Source: Mobula hypostoma (taxonomy: Eukaryota). From it: a DNA stretch of 64,000 bases. The DNA is taken from NCBI RefSeq assembly GCF_963921235.1, contig NC_086108.1:85128001-85192000 (forward strand). Reading direction: 5' to 3'. The position numbers were made by a program, and so were the translations under genes. Positions within the stretch are counted from its first letter, which is position 1, and the number at the start of each line of letters is the position of its first letter. Of the stretch, positions 25,751 to 36,398 are shown in pieces. The notes under the pieces were generated by a model. The model was not told where the DNA came from. It saw nothing but the letters and a program-made list of their open reading frames with translations, and did no database searches.

Positions 25751-27386
25751 TATCAGGAAGAGTTTAGAAGGTCAAGGTGAAGTAGGGTTCTGAGTTGATT
25801 CGGAGGCTTCAGATCCACTTAAGGGAGCTTTGGTTTTGCTGAATTAAAGCAGGTCAGCAGTTGGAGGAGATACTGAGATGCATGGAGATCAGGCTTTGGG
25901 TTAAATGAGGAATTGGAGTGGGGGAGATTGGGGGATATCATTTCTGGGGGTGGAGGAAGAGATGGTTTGTTGGTCAAGGGCTGGAAAATGTCAGTCCTAT
26001 TTCCTCTGACCATCAAAAGACTGAAGTTGAGTTTTTTTAAAGAGGTCTCACAAAATGATTTTTGGAAGGACCAAAGTAGTAGGTGCTGCTTCTATTTATA
26101 AAAACACGATCATAAATCATTGGTGGATATGGGTAAACTAAGTATATAAGTGATTGAAAGTAATTATCAGAATTGCATATCCTAGACTTCCATATGAAGA
26201 GAGATATATAATAAACTAGCTCTCAAATGTTCCTGATATTGAGACACTCCCTTTAAACTAATTTCATGCTTTAGGGATCATGTAAAAGAATAATGTTTCC
26301 AAAATTTCTCTAAAATCACGACACTGAAATAAATCTCATCCTTCAGAAATCATTTCAATTAGTCTTACCATTTAAAAAATCCTCTAAGTTATTCTCACAG
26401 TTTATAAATCTTGTGAAAGCTCCTCATGCTTTAAGAAGCCTGTAAATTAATCTCACTATTTAAAATGCTGAATATCAGGCAACATCTCCTGGTATAGTGG
26501 GTTCAATCTCAGTCCCATAACACTTTTCATTGCGTTAAATTACATTGCATAGACATTGTGCATTTAACAGTCTTCCGCTGCATCACTGACTCCCGGAGCC
26601 ACCGACAAAAGTTAACGCTCAGACTGTCATTAATCACTCCCTTTGATTTTATAAGATTCGCTTCCCAGGTTTCATCCAGGGATTGAAGATTTACAGAAGC
26701 CCAGACTGTACTGCAGCTGATCGATTAGCCAACCATCCTACATAATTGATCCAGTCGGTGAGGAATATGAATATATCAAGTCAGATAAATGAAACATCCA
26801 AACACAAGAGCATTCATGTTAAAATACTCTGATTTGCTTCCTTCTTGATAGAGCATGAGAGAAAATTATTGTGAACAGCTGTCCTGTGGAATTCCATTTT
26901 ACACAAAATCTATTGTGCTTCTGTACCAGAATCAGCCATTTGTTACTGAACATCTGGATTTGGATCATAAACAGTGAAAGACAAATATTGAATTCTTGTT
27001 TGTTTTTACATGATTTTCCTTCTATTGGCAATTTGTGCCTTATAATATACTTAATTTTTGGATTTTATTAATTATGTCCTCTGTATGCTAAATGAACATG
27101 TTTTAATTATCCTAAGATTGCTATATTGGCTATTTAACCATGTTGCCTAAATAATTCTCAACAATTATTTCACTCAAGTTGTATGAAATTTTAACATATA
27201 ACTTTTGAAAAAATGTTTGTATTTGTCAGCATTAGGCGTGTTACTGTGAAGTACTGGAGCATTTTCCATCTATTTTCAGCACTAAGTCAGATGTAAAGTT
27301 GGGTAAGTGCTCAATAAATCCTTTCTACATGTTTCCAGCAGGGTGCAATTGCTCTATTCTCTTAAAATCACGTTTTTTTTGAATGG

Positions 27387-27597
27387 CAAAACACACAAAA
27401 TGCTGGAGGAACTCAGCAGGTCAGGCAGTATCTACGGACTTCCCCCCATATTTTCCAATCCTGAAGAAGGGTCTCAACCCAAAATATGTCAACTGTTTTC
27501 TCTTTTCTATAAATGCTGCCTGACCTGCTGAGTTCCTCCAGCGTTTTGAGTGTGTTGCTTTGGATTTCCAGCATCTGCAGATTTTCTCATGTTTGTG
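27387..27597 (+). mobile_element. Penelope-like terminal fragment with inverted 5' duplication
   Basis: 27388-27435 is the reverse complement of ~27510-27556; CTGAAGAAGGGTCTC motif. Confidence 0.75.
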
Positions 27598-27652
27598 GCT
27601 TTTTTATATACACATTCCATTTCTGTATAACTTACTTTCTTTGTACACCTGT

Positions 27653-27885
27653 TGTGGTAAACCATGTATATAGGTTGTAACTGGGTTACCTGTCTGGACA
27701 CGCCCCTCTGCTGACTGCTCCTGTGGCTCCTCCCATAGACCCCTGAATAAAGGCGATTGGGCCTTGGCTCCTCCTCTCAGTCCAGGGGCAGACACTCAGC
27801 ATGGATGTTGGACCATTTACCGTTAATAAAGGTCTTTCAGTATTTACTCTACTTCCAGTCTTTTGGAGTAATTGATAGTGCATCA
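27653..27885 (+). mobile_element. Solo LTR (233 bp)
   Basis: TG...CA ends; 5-bp TSD CCTGT at 27648-27652 and 27886-27890; AATAAA signals. Confidence 0.8.
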
Positions 27886-28059
27886 CCTGTCTAATTCATG
27901 CAATAGAGTTTGTCATCACAGTTACTAGGTAGAGATTGTCCCAAATGTATACTGATTAAACCTCTTAAAAATTCTGGAGGGAAACCAGATTTATTTCAGA
28001 GGAGTGAGCTAAATTCAAACCTGGATTCCCAATTTGAAAAGAGTCCTGATCCTTTCAAA

Positions 28060-28192
28060 ACATCCTGATGAAGGGTCTCAGCCCGAAATGGCAACAGTTA
28101 CTAATTTCCATCGATGCTGCCTGACCTGCTGAGTTACTCCAGCATTTTGTGTGTGTTGCTCTGGATTTCCAGCACCTGCAGAATCTCTCGTG
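28060..28192 (+). mobile_element. Penelope-like terminal fragment with hammerhead core
   Basis: CTGATGAAGGGTCTCAGCCCGAAA at 28065-28087 plus the shared tail. Confidence 0.75.
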
Positions 28193-28549
28193 GTTTTGTA
28201 TGGATTCTGTTCAGTTCAGTTTCCATATTCACATTTCATTCAGATGAAGCCCTGCAAGCAAGCAATTCTATTAATACAGATGCCCTTTTCACATACAGAA
28301 TTTCTGTTGTCATCTGTTTGCTGTATGAATATATCTCAGCTTAGATGAATTCACCCACAGTTATCTGACATGCTATCATAATTCTTGATAAACAATTCTT
28401 GCTGGGACTTATTTAAATTCCAGATTATTTGATTTTCAAGCATGTACTACTCCATTGGGTGGAATTCAAAATATTAACACCTACAGTCTGTTTAAAATAT
28501 TGGCTTCCACTGCCTGTATTGTATTCAATCAAATAGTATTCCTCTAGTA

Positions 28550-28678
28550 TCACAAACACGGGAAAATCTGCAGATGCTGGAAATTCAAAGGAACATACAC
28601 AAGACCTCTGAAGAAGGGTCTTGGCCCGAAACATTGACTGCTTACTGGATGCTGCCTGGCCTGCAGAGTTCCTCCAGG
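28550..28678 (+). mobile_element. Penelope-like terminal fragment with inverted 5' piece and hammerhead core
   Basis: CTGAAGAAGGGTCTTGGCCCGAAACATTGACTG from 28608. Confidence 0.7.
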
Positions 28679-29155
28679 ATTGCAAAAGCACTGTCATTAT
28701 AACTGATATTACACTGCATTTTCTAATTAAGATCCCATTTGAATATTAAACAATATGCTGTCGGAGACTTGATTTTGATATGTGAACTCAATGTAAGATC
28801 AGATCCATATAGTGGATTCAGCTTTGGTCAGCTTTCATAGATCCTCAGTGTTCTTCAGTATGAAAAACTCTGTGTGGTGTCTGAAGCAATGTGTTAGTTT
28901 AAACAAATTAATTGTTGTGGCTGAAGAAAAGGTTGAAAAATTGGAGAAGTAAAATGGTTGATCTCAATGGGTTTAGCAATTTCAGCAAACAGAAGCAGCT
29001 TCCTTGAGGAAAGAGATTGTTGATCACCACAAATGATTGGACCTTGGTTTCACCTTAACAACAAGTCAGATTTTTCTCCCGTCTCTCTTGCTCAACACCT
29101 CAGTGTAAGTCAGCGGAAAAAACAAATATACCAGAAAACATTCGGACGGCAAAGT

Positions 29156-29300
29156 ATACTCAATGGCCACTTTATTAGGTACACCATCACACCTATTCAT
29201 CAGCCAGTCATGTGAAAGCATGCAGACATTGCCAAGAGGTTCAGCTGTTGTTCAGACCAAACATGAGTGTGGGGGAAGAAATGTGATCTAAGTGACTTTT
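29156..29300 (+). mobile_element. Tc1-type transposon 5' end fragment
   Basis: TATACTCAATGGCCACTTTATTAGGTACACC, a Tc1-like TIR recognised by eye. Confidence 0.65.
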
Positions 29301-29485
29301 CCAGCGTTAAATCTTTTTCTCTAAGTCTACTATCTGAGATTCTGCAGACTATTCTATCTTTAACTAATGAGTCTCTCAAATCTCCAAATTCACAGGACTT
29401 ACTCAATGTGTGAAGCTCAGCTAAGTATCAGCCAAAGGTAATACCTTGTTTCTCTTCACAGGAAAAGAACTTGTATCTCTCAAAT

Positions 29486-32400
29486 TTGTCCTGGGTATGA
29501 CTCTAAACTGCAACCGGTGATGAGGCTCTGATTGGGGACTTTCAGAGCTTTGGGGGAAAGTGGAGTTACCTCTTAGTCATTCATTGCTCCCAGGGCCGCT
29601 CTGACCCAGAACAGTAGCATCTGCAAGGGTTCCTGCTCAGGATACGAACGAAGGCCAACGTCAGATCCAGCAGGTTCAGTAACTGAACTTATGATGGAGA
29701 AGGCAGACCTCAAATATCGACGGCTATAGTACAGGCTGATGAACATTTGGGAAGAGAAATGGCGATTAACAGTAGGCAATAGCAAACCACCGTTGCTAGA
29801 TGCTAGGTTTCCTAGAATCTATTTGCTAAGAAAACCATGGTCAAACTCACAAAATGTATCACACAACAACAGCGTCAGGAGGATCTTCAAGACAACTCTG
29901 AAGATGCTTCGCTCAGCAGGGTTGATTCTGGTCAGCAGGGGATCACCGACCGTCATCAAGCTACTGCTCATAAAATTAAAGTAACACAAAAGAAAATTAT
30001 TGCCACTTGGAATGTAAGAACCCTATATCAAGCAGGAAGATTGGACAATGTGATAAATGAAATGGAAACACTGAAGATTAACACCATGGGAATTAGTGAA
30101 GTTCATTGGATAGGTACTGGAACATGTCAGAATAGAAATAAAACACTAATTTACTCTTGTGGAACATCCCATACTAATGGAGAAGGAATTCTTATGGATG
30201 AAAACATGGCAAAAAACGTTTTAGGACATTGGGCAATATCAGAAAGAGTGCTCCTTGTTAGATTCAGAGGACAACCATTTGATTTAGCAATTATACAGGT
30301 ATATGCACCAACAACAGATGGAACAAATGAGGATATAGATAAATTCTATGAAGAGCTTGAACAAGCAAAGAATGGATGCAGATCTCAAGATATTGTTATT
30401 GTCATGGGAGATCTAAATGCTAAGGTAGGACAAGGTGCTGATGGAAATATCATAGGAAAATTTGGACTAGGGGAAAGAAATGAAAGAGGTAAGAAATGGG
30501 TAGAATGGTGCAAGATGAATAATCAGGTCATTATGAATACCTACTTTAAAAACCATCCAAGACGCTTGTGGACCTGGAAAAGTCCAGGTGATAACTTTAG
30601 AAATCAAATTGACTTTATGATTATAAACCAAAGATTTAGAAACTCAGTGACTCAATGCAAAACATATCCAGGTGCAGAATGTAATAGTGACCATAACCCA
30701 GTAGTATGTCATGTAAAAGTAAAACCTAAAAAAACTAAAGGAGCAAAAACCTGACCAATCCCTGACTACTTGCAATTAATTAAAGAAGAAAACTTAAGAC
30801 AAAAATGTACAATTGAAGTAAGGAATAGATTTCAAAGTCTAGAAATAGAATCTGTTGAAGATGATAGCATTCATGTAGAAATGAATTTTAACTCTCCAAA
30901 GGATGCCTTGGTCAGCAAAGTCAGTGATTCCTAAAAAAGAAAAAAGCACAAAGAATAAATGGATGACAGATGAAATCAAAAATCTATTGGAAGAAAGGAG
31001 ACAGAAGAAAGCAAATCCTATAGAATATAAAACCTTAGATAAAAAAGTTAAAAGCTTATGTCAAAAAGCCAAAGAAGAATGGTTAAACCAGGAATGTGAG
31101 CAAATAGAAAGAATCCATATTACTGATCCAAAAAGGTTACATCAACAAATCAAGAATATCACTGGTAAAAAGCTCCTCTGTTCTTCAGGGGGATGTTTGA
31201 AAGCAAAGGACGGTACCATTATCATGGAAAAAGATGAGATTATGAACAGATGGACTGAGTATATTCAGGAATTGTTTGAAGACGATTGGAGCGAAAAACC
31301 AGAAATTAAGAAAAATATTGAAGGTCCAAGTATTTTAAACTCTGAAGTTGGTAATGCAATAAATAAGATGAAGAAAGGAAAGGTAGCAGGTCCTGATAAA
31401 TTAGTAACGGAACAAATTATTGCCCATGAAGATTATGGAATTGAAAAACTTACTGATTTAATCAATGACATTTATGAGACTGGAATAATACCAGAAGAGA
31501 TGAAGAATCAGTATTTATCACTCTTCCTAAGAAAGCTGAAGCAATAGAATGTGAATTACATAGGACCATAAGTTTAATGAGTCATATCACCAAGATACTT
31601 CTAAGAATTTTGATGACAAGAGCTAAAAGTAAGATACAAGCTGAAATAGGTAAAGAACAATGTGGTTTTGTGAAAGACAAAGGTACAAGAAATGCAATAT
31701 TGATGTTAAGGATACTATCAGAATGAGCTATTCAAGTGCAAAAAGATTTGTTTGTTTTATCGACTACACAAAAGCATTTGATAAAGTGAAGCACAATAAA
31801 TTATTTGAAATATTACAGGAAACTCTAGATCTAGATTCGAAAGACCTCCGCCTAATCAGAAATCTGTACTGGTACAAACTGTCGCTGTAAGAATAGATGG
31901 AGAAGTGAGTCAGTTTACAAAAATCAAGAGAGGCGTTAGACAAGGGTGTGTTTTCTCCCCTGATTTATTTAATGTGTACTGTGAAACAACATTATAAAAA
32001 ATAACAGACATCTTGGGAATCAAAGTTGGTGAAAACATCAATAATTTCAGATATGCAGATGACACTCTTTTAATTGCAAGTACGGAGGAAGAACTACAAA
32101 ACTTAATTGATATAATTGTTGAAGAAAGTGCAAAAATGGGTTTATCTATCAATTGCAATAAGACATAATGTATGGCGATATTTAAAAAGAAGGAGAATCC
32201 TATCTGCAGGCTGAGAATAAATGGGGAAGACATAAAACAAGTACAGAACTTTTGGTACTTAGGAAGCTGGGTGACATCAGATGGCAGGTGCAACATGGAC
32301 GTCAAAAGAAGAATAGGGATGGCAAAAGACACCTTTACAAGAATGAAGAGTATACTGACCAAAACTAAACTAGGGATGACAACCTGCCTCAGAGTACTGA

Positions 32401-32839
32401 AATGTTACGTTTTTCCAGTTATGTTATATGGCTCAGAATGTTGGACAATATCTAGTAACATGAGGAAACGAACTGTAGCAGCAGAGATGTGGTTTTTGAG
32501 GAGGATGCAAAGAATATCATGGATGAAACAAATATCTAATGTGGATGTCATGAACAGAGCAAGCACAAAAACAGAAATAATGTATGAGATCATGAAAAGG
32601 CAATGTAATTTCATTGGACATGTGATTAAGAAAGAGGAGTTAGAATGCACGATAATTATGGGAAAGATTGAAGGGAAGAAAGCAAGAGGAAGCCAAAGAC
32701 AAATGATGATGGAGACAGCAGCTAGAGAACTGGAAATGAATGCCAATGAATTGATCCACTTGACCCGAAACAGGAGTGTGGGGGCTATGGCAGTCAAAGC
32801 TCAAACTGGGCATGGCACCTGATGATGATAATGAAGACG
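29486..32839 (+). mobile_element. Near full-length RTE-clade LINE (3.35 kb)
   Basis: 11-bp TSD ATCTCTCAAAT at 29475-29485 and 32840-32850; (GAT)n tail; APE endonuclease plus RT. Confidence 0.95.
29837..32822 (+). pseudogene. RTE ORF (APE endonuclease-RT), disrupted
   Basis: IATWNVRTL, VYAPT, MGDLNAKVG, NQIDF, SDHNPV; FIDYTKAFDKV, GVRQGCVFSP, YADD at 32052-32063; several stops and frameshifts. Confidence 0.93.
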
Positions 32840-33719
32840 ATCTCTCAAATCTGACGTCTTAACTTGGGACAATATATTCCTCAAATTTTGTCATCAGAGT
32901 GTCCAATGTAAAGTTTGTCTCATCAATTTGAAAGCTATTGTAGATGCCCAAAGCATTTTCACCAATTACATGTAGGAAGATAGGCACTTTGAATTTGTCC
33001 TCCATGCCTCTGGCTCTACTTGCTGCTAAGTATATATTGAATCACTGTTTGAAGTGTTTCCAGTTATCGGGTAGATTGCCAGTAAACTACATAGGTGCAG
33101 GAAGACTTAGACTATCCATTTCAGGTTCTTACCTGAATCTCTCTTGGTGAACAATGGCAGCTTCAGGACACAACATGCTCTCTGGCTGGCAGCCTCTTTC
33201 TGTTAGAACCCAGCATCTCTTTCTCTATCGATTGCAGTATAAATACTCTCTGTGTTTAGTCCTCATCCAATTTCTGATTCCATGTTATGTTTGTTCTTAC
33301 TAAAGACAAACAGTGTGGGTAAAACTAACATGTATTTTTGCACAGGACACTTCAGTAATGGCTTCAGCCCAACACGAGTGCGTGCGACCAGCTCACCAAC
33401 GTCACTTCCATTTCTGGGTGAACCGCCCACATTGCACACTGGGAACAGAAGTTCTTTATTATGTACACACATAATAACACAGCATCTGTTCTGCAGTTCA
33501 ATATTTATCTATGTTTGCTCTGCAGGTGGTCTGCAAGTGGACAATGAAATCCTAGAATAAAAACACATAAATTAATTTGAGACAGGTTTTTGTCACATGA
33601 TTACATTCACTGTTTAGCTGTCATTATTTCCCGTGTATTTCACAAATTACTCAGCCTGCCTTTGAATCTTCTGGCAACCAACCTATGCTAACATCATGGG
33701 ATTCTTGTGTTTCACCATT

Positions 33720-34150
33720 GCATAGAACATAGAACATTGTAGCAGAGTACAATGTTCTTTATTGCAGAGTACAGATTCTTTATTGAGTTATCTAACTTCT
33801 AGGATGAAACATGGTCCTATCATGAATAGTTAAAAGAAAACTTAGGTAGATATTCCTTGGATTTTAGAAGAATGAGTAAAGAATTTGTTGAAACATTTGT
33901 GAATGGACCATCATTCAAATTCAGTGCACTGTTCCACCTTTCTCCACATATCCTTTGATCCTTCCTACTCTTAAAAAAATTAACTGCTTCATAAATATTC
34001 AATGAATTCCACTGGTTCATCATTTTCTGGGAGAAGAAAATTTTTCTCATCTCAGATTTAAATGGCTATGCCTTATCTTTATATTGTAAACACTGGCCTT
34101 AGTCACAGACATCCACACCATTGAGAATATTTTTCCTGCATCTAATCAGC
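33720..34150 (-). mobile_element. Scrambled old CR1 3' pieces
   Basis: MRKIFFSQKMMNQWNSL; (ATAGAAC) tail at 33721. Confidence 0.6.
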
Positions 34151-34829
34151 AGATTTGGGAGAATTTTCAAGGCAACCTAACTTGAATATGCTTTGGAATC
34201 AATTAAATATGAATGTGTGATTTTTAATTTTCACTAAAAGAAATATCTTACTGAGAGGTTACACTGAACATCAATCAGGACAATAAAGTAAAAGGAGAAA
34301 AACGATTGAAAGCCTTGATTGCTTTTGTATTTAAATGTTGAATAAAACTTTGCTTTCCATTCCACCAGGAAAGGATTTTTGGAGAAACAACACAGTGCAG
34401 ATTCTCTTTACACATTCCTATTGTATCTGCAGGAGAGGCTGTCCCAATTCATTGAAAATCAGTCTCTGTTTGCCATTTTAGGAAATAATAAATTAATATT
34501 TGCATTTCCCATTTAACTTGCATCTTAATATAATTAATTAATTTGCTATAGAGGATTTAAAATATTGGAGGCAACAAAGTTAGGCCAACATCAGTTTTCC
34601 AAATGTGGACTCCCTCCCACACACCAATTGCTGTCATATTTCAATGTAGGTTTATTCTGTTGGAGATTTTTAATTATTAAATTAAAAATGGTTCTCCCTG
34701 GTTAACGTTTAATACTTAATAGAATCATGATTGGTGGAACTTCCATATAAAAATGATACTTTGGTCATCAGTAGAGCCATTAAAAAGAAATTACTTTATT
34801 AATAATGTCAAGGGTCATAGAACAATTAT

Positions 34830-35362
34830 TGATGAATTAGTAGATTGTGCAGAGAAATGGCAGACAGATTTAAGTCTTGAGAAGCATAAAGCAATGTACT
34901 TTAGTAGGACTAAATAGAATATGAAATAGACAATGAATAGAGGCACTCATGGAAATTCTGAGAAATAGTGAGACTTTGGTAACACGTTTAAGTCTTTAAG
35001 GCTGCAGCACAGGTACTGTAAACCTGGTAGATAAGAAGGTGTGCAGGATACATTAGGTAATGCCCAGAATATGAGACTAGGGGAGTTATGGTACAACTAC
35101 ATAAATTATCACTTAGGTCTGAGGTAGGTGAAGGGTGGAGGTTCAGAGAGGGTTTAAGGAATAATTTTTTTTCACTGAGCAGATGATTGAAATCTAAAAC
35201 TGACAGAGTGGGTACTCTCACATTTAAGATTATTTAGATGAATGCTTGAAGCCCCAAGGTACAGAAGACTGCAGGCTGAGTGCTAGAAAATGGGATTAGA
35301 AGATAGATACTTGATGACTGCCATGGGCAGAGTGGACTGAAGGGTCTGTTTTCTTACTGTGT
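34830..35362 (+). mobile_element. Old CR1 3' fragment with deletions
   Basis: Degenerate AEKWQ, LYKLSLR and 3' UTR GGACTGAAGGGTCTGTT. Confidence 0.6.
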
Positions 35363-35534
35363 AACCAACTGAATCAGACAGGGCTTCCTTAGTGGCTATC
35401 AAATATTCATTTGCTCTTTCCTCAACAAGTCTTTCAGTCAGTAAGCAGGTAAGAGCTGGAATGGTTTATCAAAAAGAAGGTGTCTGAGACCATGTTTATG
35501 AAATGACTACCTTGACAAGAAATTTAGGTTACTG

Positions 35535-36397
35535 TTCAGAGGTTACAGCAGGACATTGATAGGATGCAAAACTGGGCTGAGAAGTGGCAGATGGAGTTCA
35601 ACCCAGATAAGTGTGAGGTGGTTCATTTTGGTAGGTCAAATATGATGACGGGATATAGTATTAATGGCAAGACTCTTGGCAGCGTGGAGGATCAGAGGGA
35701 TCTTGGGGTCCGAGTCCATAGGACGCTCAAAGCAGCTGCGCAGATTGACTCTGTGGTTAAAAAAGCATACGGTGCATTGGCCTTCATCAGTCGTGGGCTT
35801 GAGTTTAGGAGCCAAGAGGTAATGTTGCAGCTATATAGGATCCTGGTCAGACCCCACTTGGAGTACTGTGCTCAGTTCTGGTTGCCTCACTATAGGAAGG
35901 ATGTGAAAACTATACAAAGGGTGCAGAGGAGATTTACAAGGTTGTTGCCTGGATTGGGGAGCATGCCTTATGAGAATAGGTTGAGTGAACTTGGCCTTTT
36001 TTCCTTGCAGTGACAGAGGATGAGAGGTGACCTGATAGAGGTGTATAAGATGATGAGGGGCATTGATCATGTGGATAGTCAGAAACTTTTTCCCAGGTCT
36101 GAAATGGCTATCACAAGAGGGCACATTTTTAAGGTGCTTGGAAGTAGGTATGGAGGAGATGTCAGGGGTAAGTTTTTTTATGCAGAGAGTGGTGGGTGCG
36201 TAGAATGGGCTACCGGCGACGGTGGTGGAGGCGGATATGATAGGGTTATTTAAAACTCTCCTGGACAGGTACATGGAGCTCAGAAAAATAGAGGGCTATG
36301 GGTAATCATAGGTAATTTCTAAGGTAAGGATATATTCGGCACAGCTTTGTGAGCCAAAGGGCCTGTATTGTGCTGTAGGTTTTCTATGTTTCTATGC
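35535..36397 (+). mobile_element. CR1 3' fragment
   Basis: WAEKWQMEFNPDKC..LVRPHLEYCAQFW; (TTTCTATG)n tail. Confidence 0.92.
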
Positions 36398-36398
36398 T

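Larger units (their letters stand above)
29301..33479 (-). mobile_element. Truncated Gypsy element (5' LTR 33283-33479, PBS, gag) interrupted by RTE
   Basis: LTR TGTTAT...ATAACA; adjacent PBS-like TGGAATCAGAAA (33282-33271); gag MDSLSLPAP..GNLPDNWKHFKQ; FERYKFF..SKSCEFGDLRDSLVKDRIV rejoins across the RTE. Confidence 0.85.

Noticed and set aside
33252..33560. Exon-like ORF after TTTTTGCACAG
   Set aside because: It lies within a Gypsy LTR (TGTTAT...ATAACA next to a PBS-like site).
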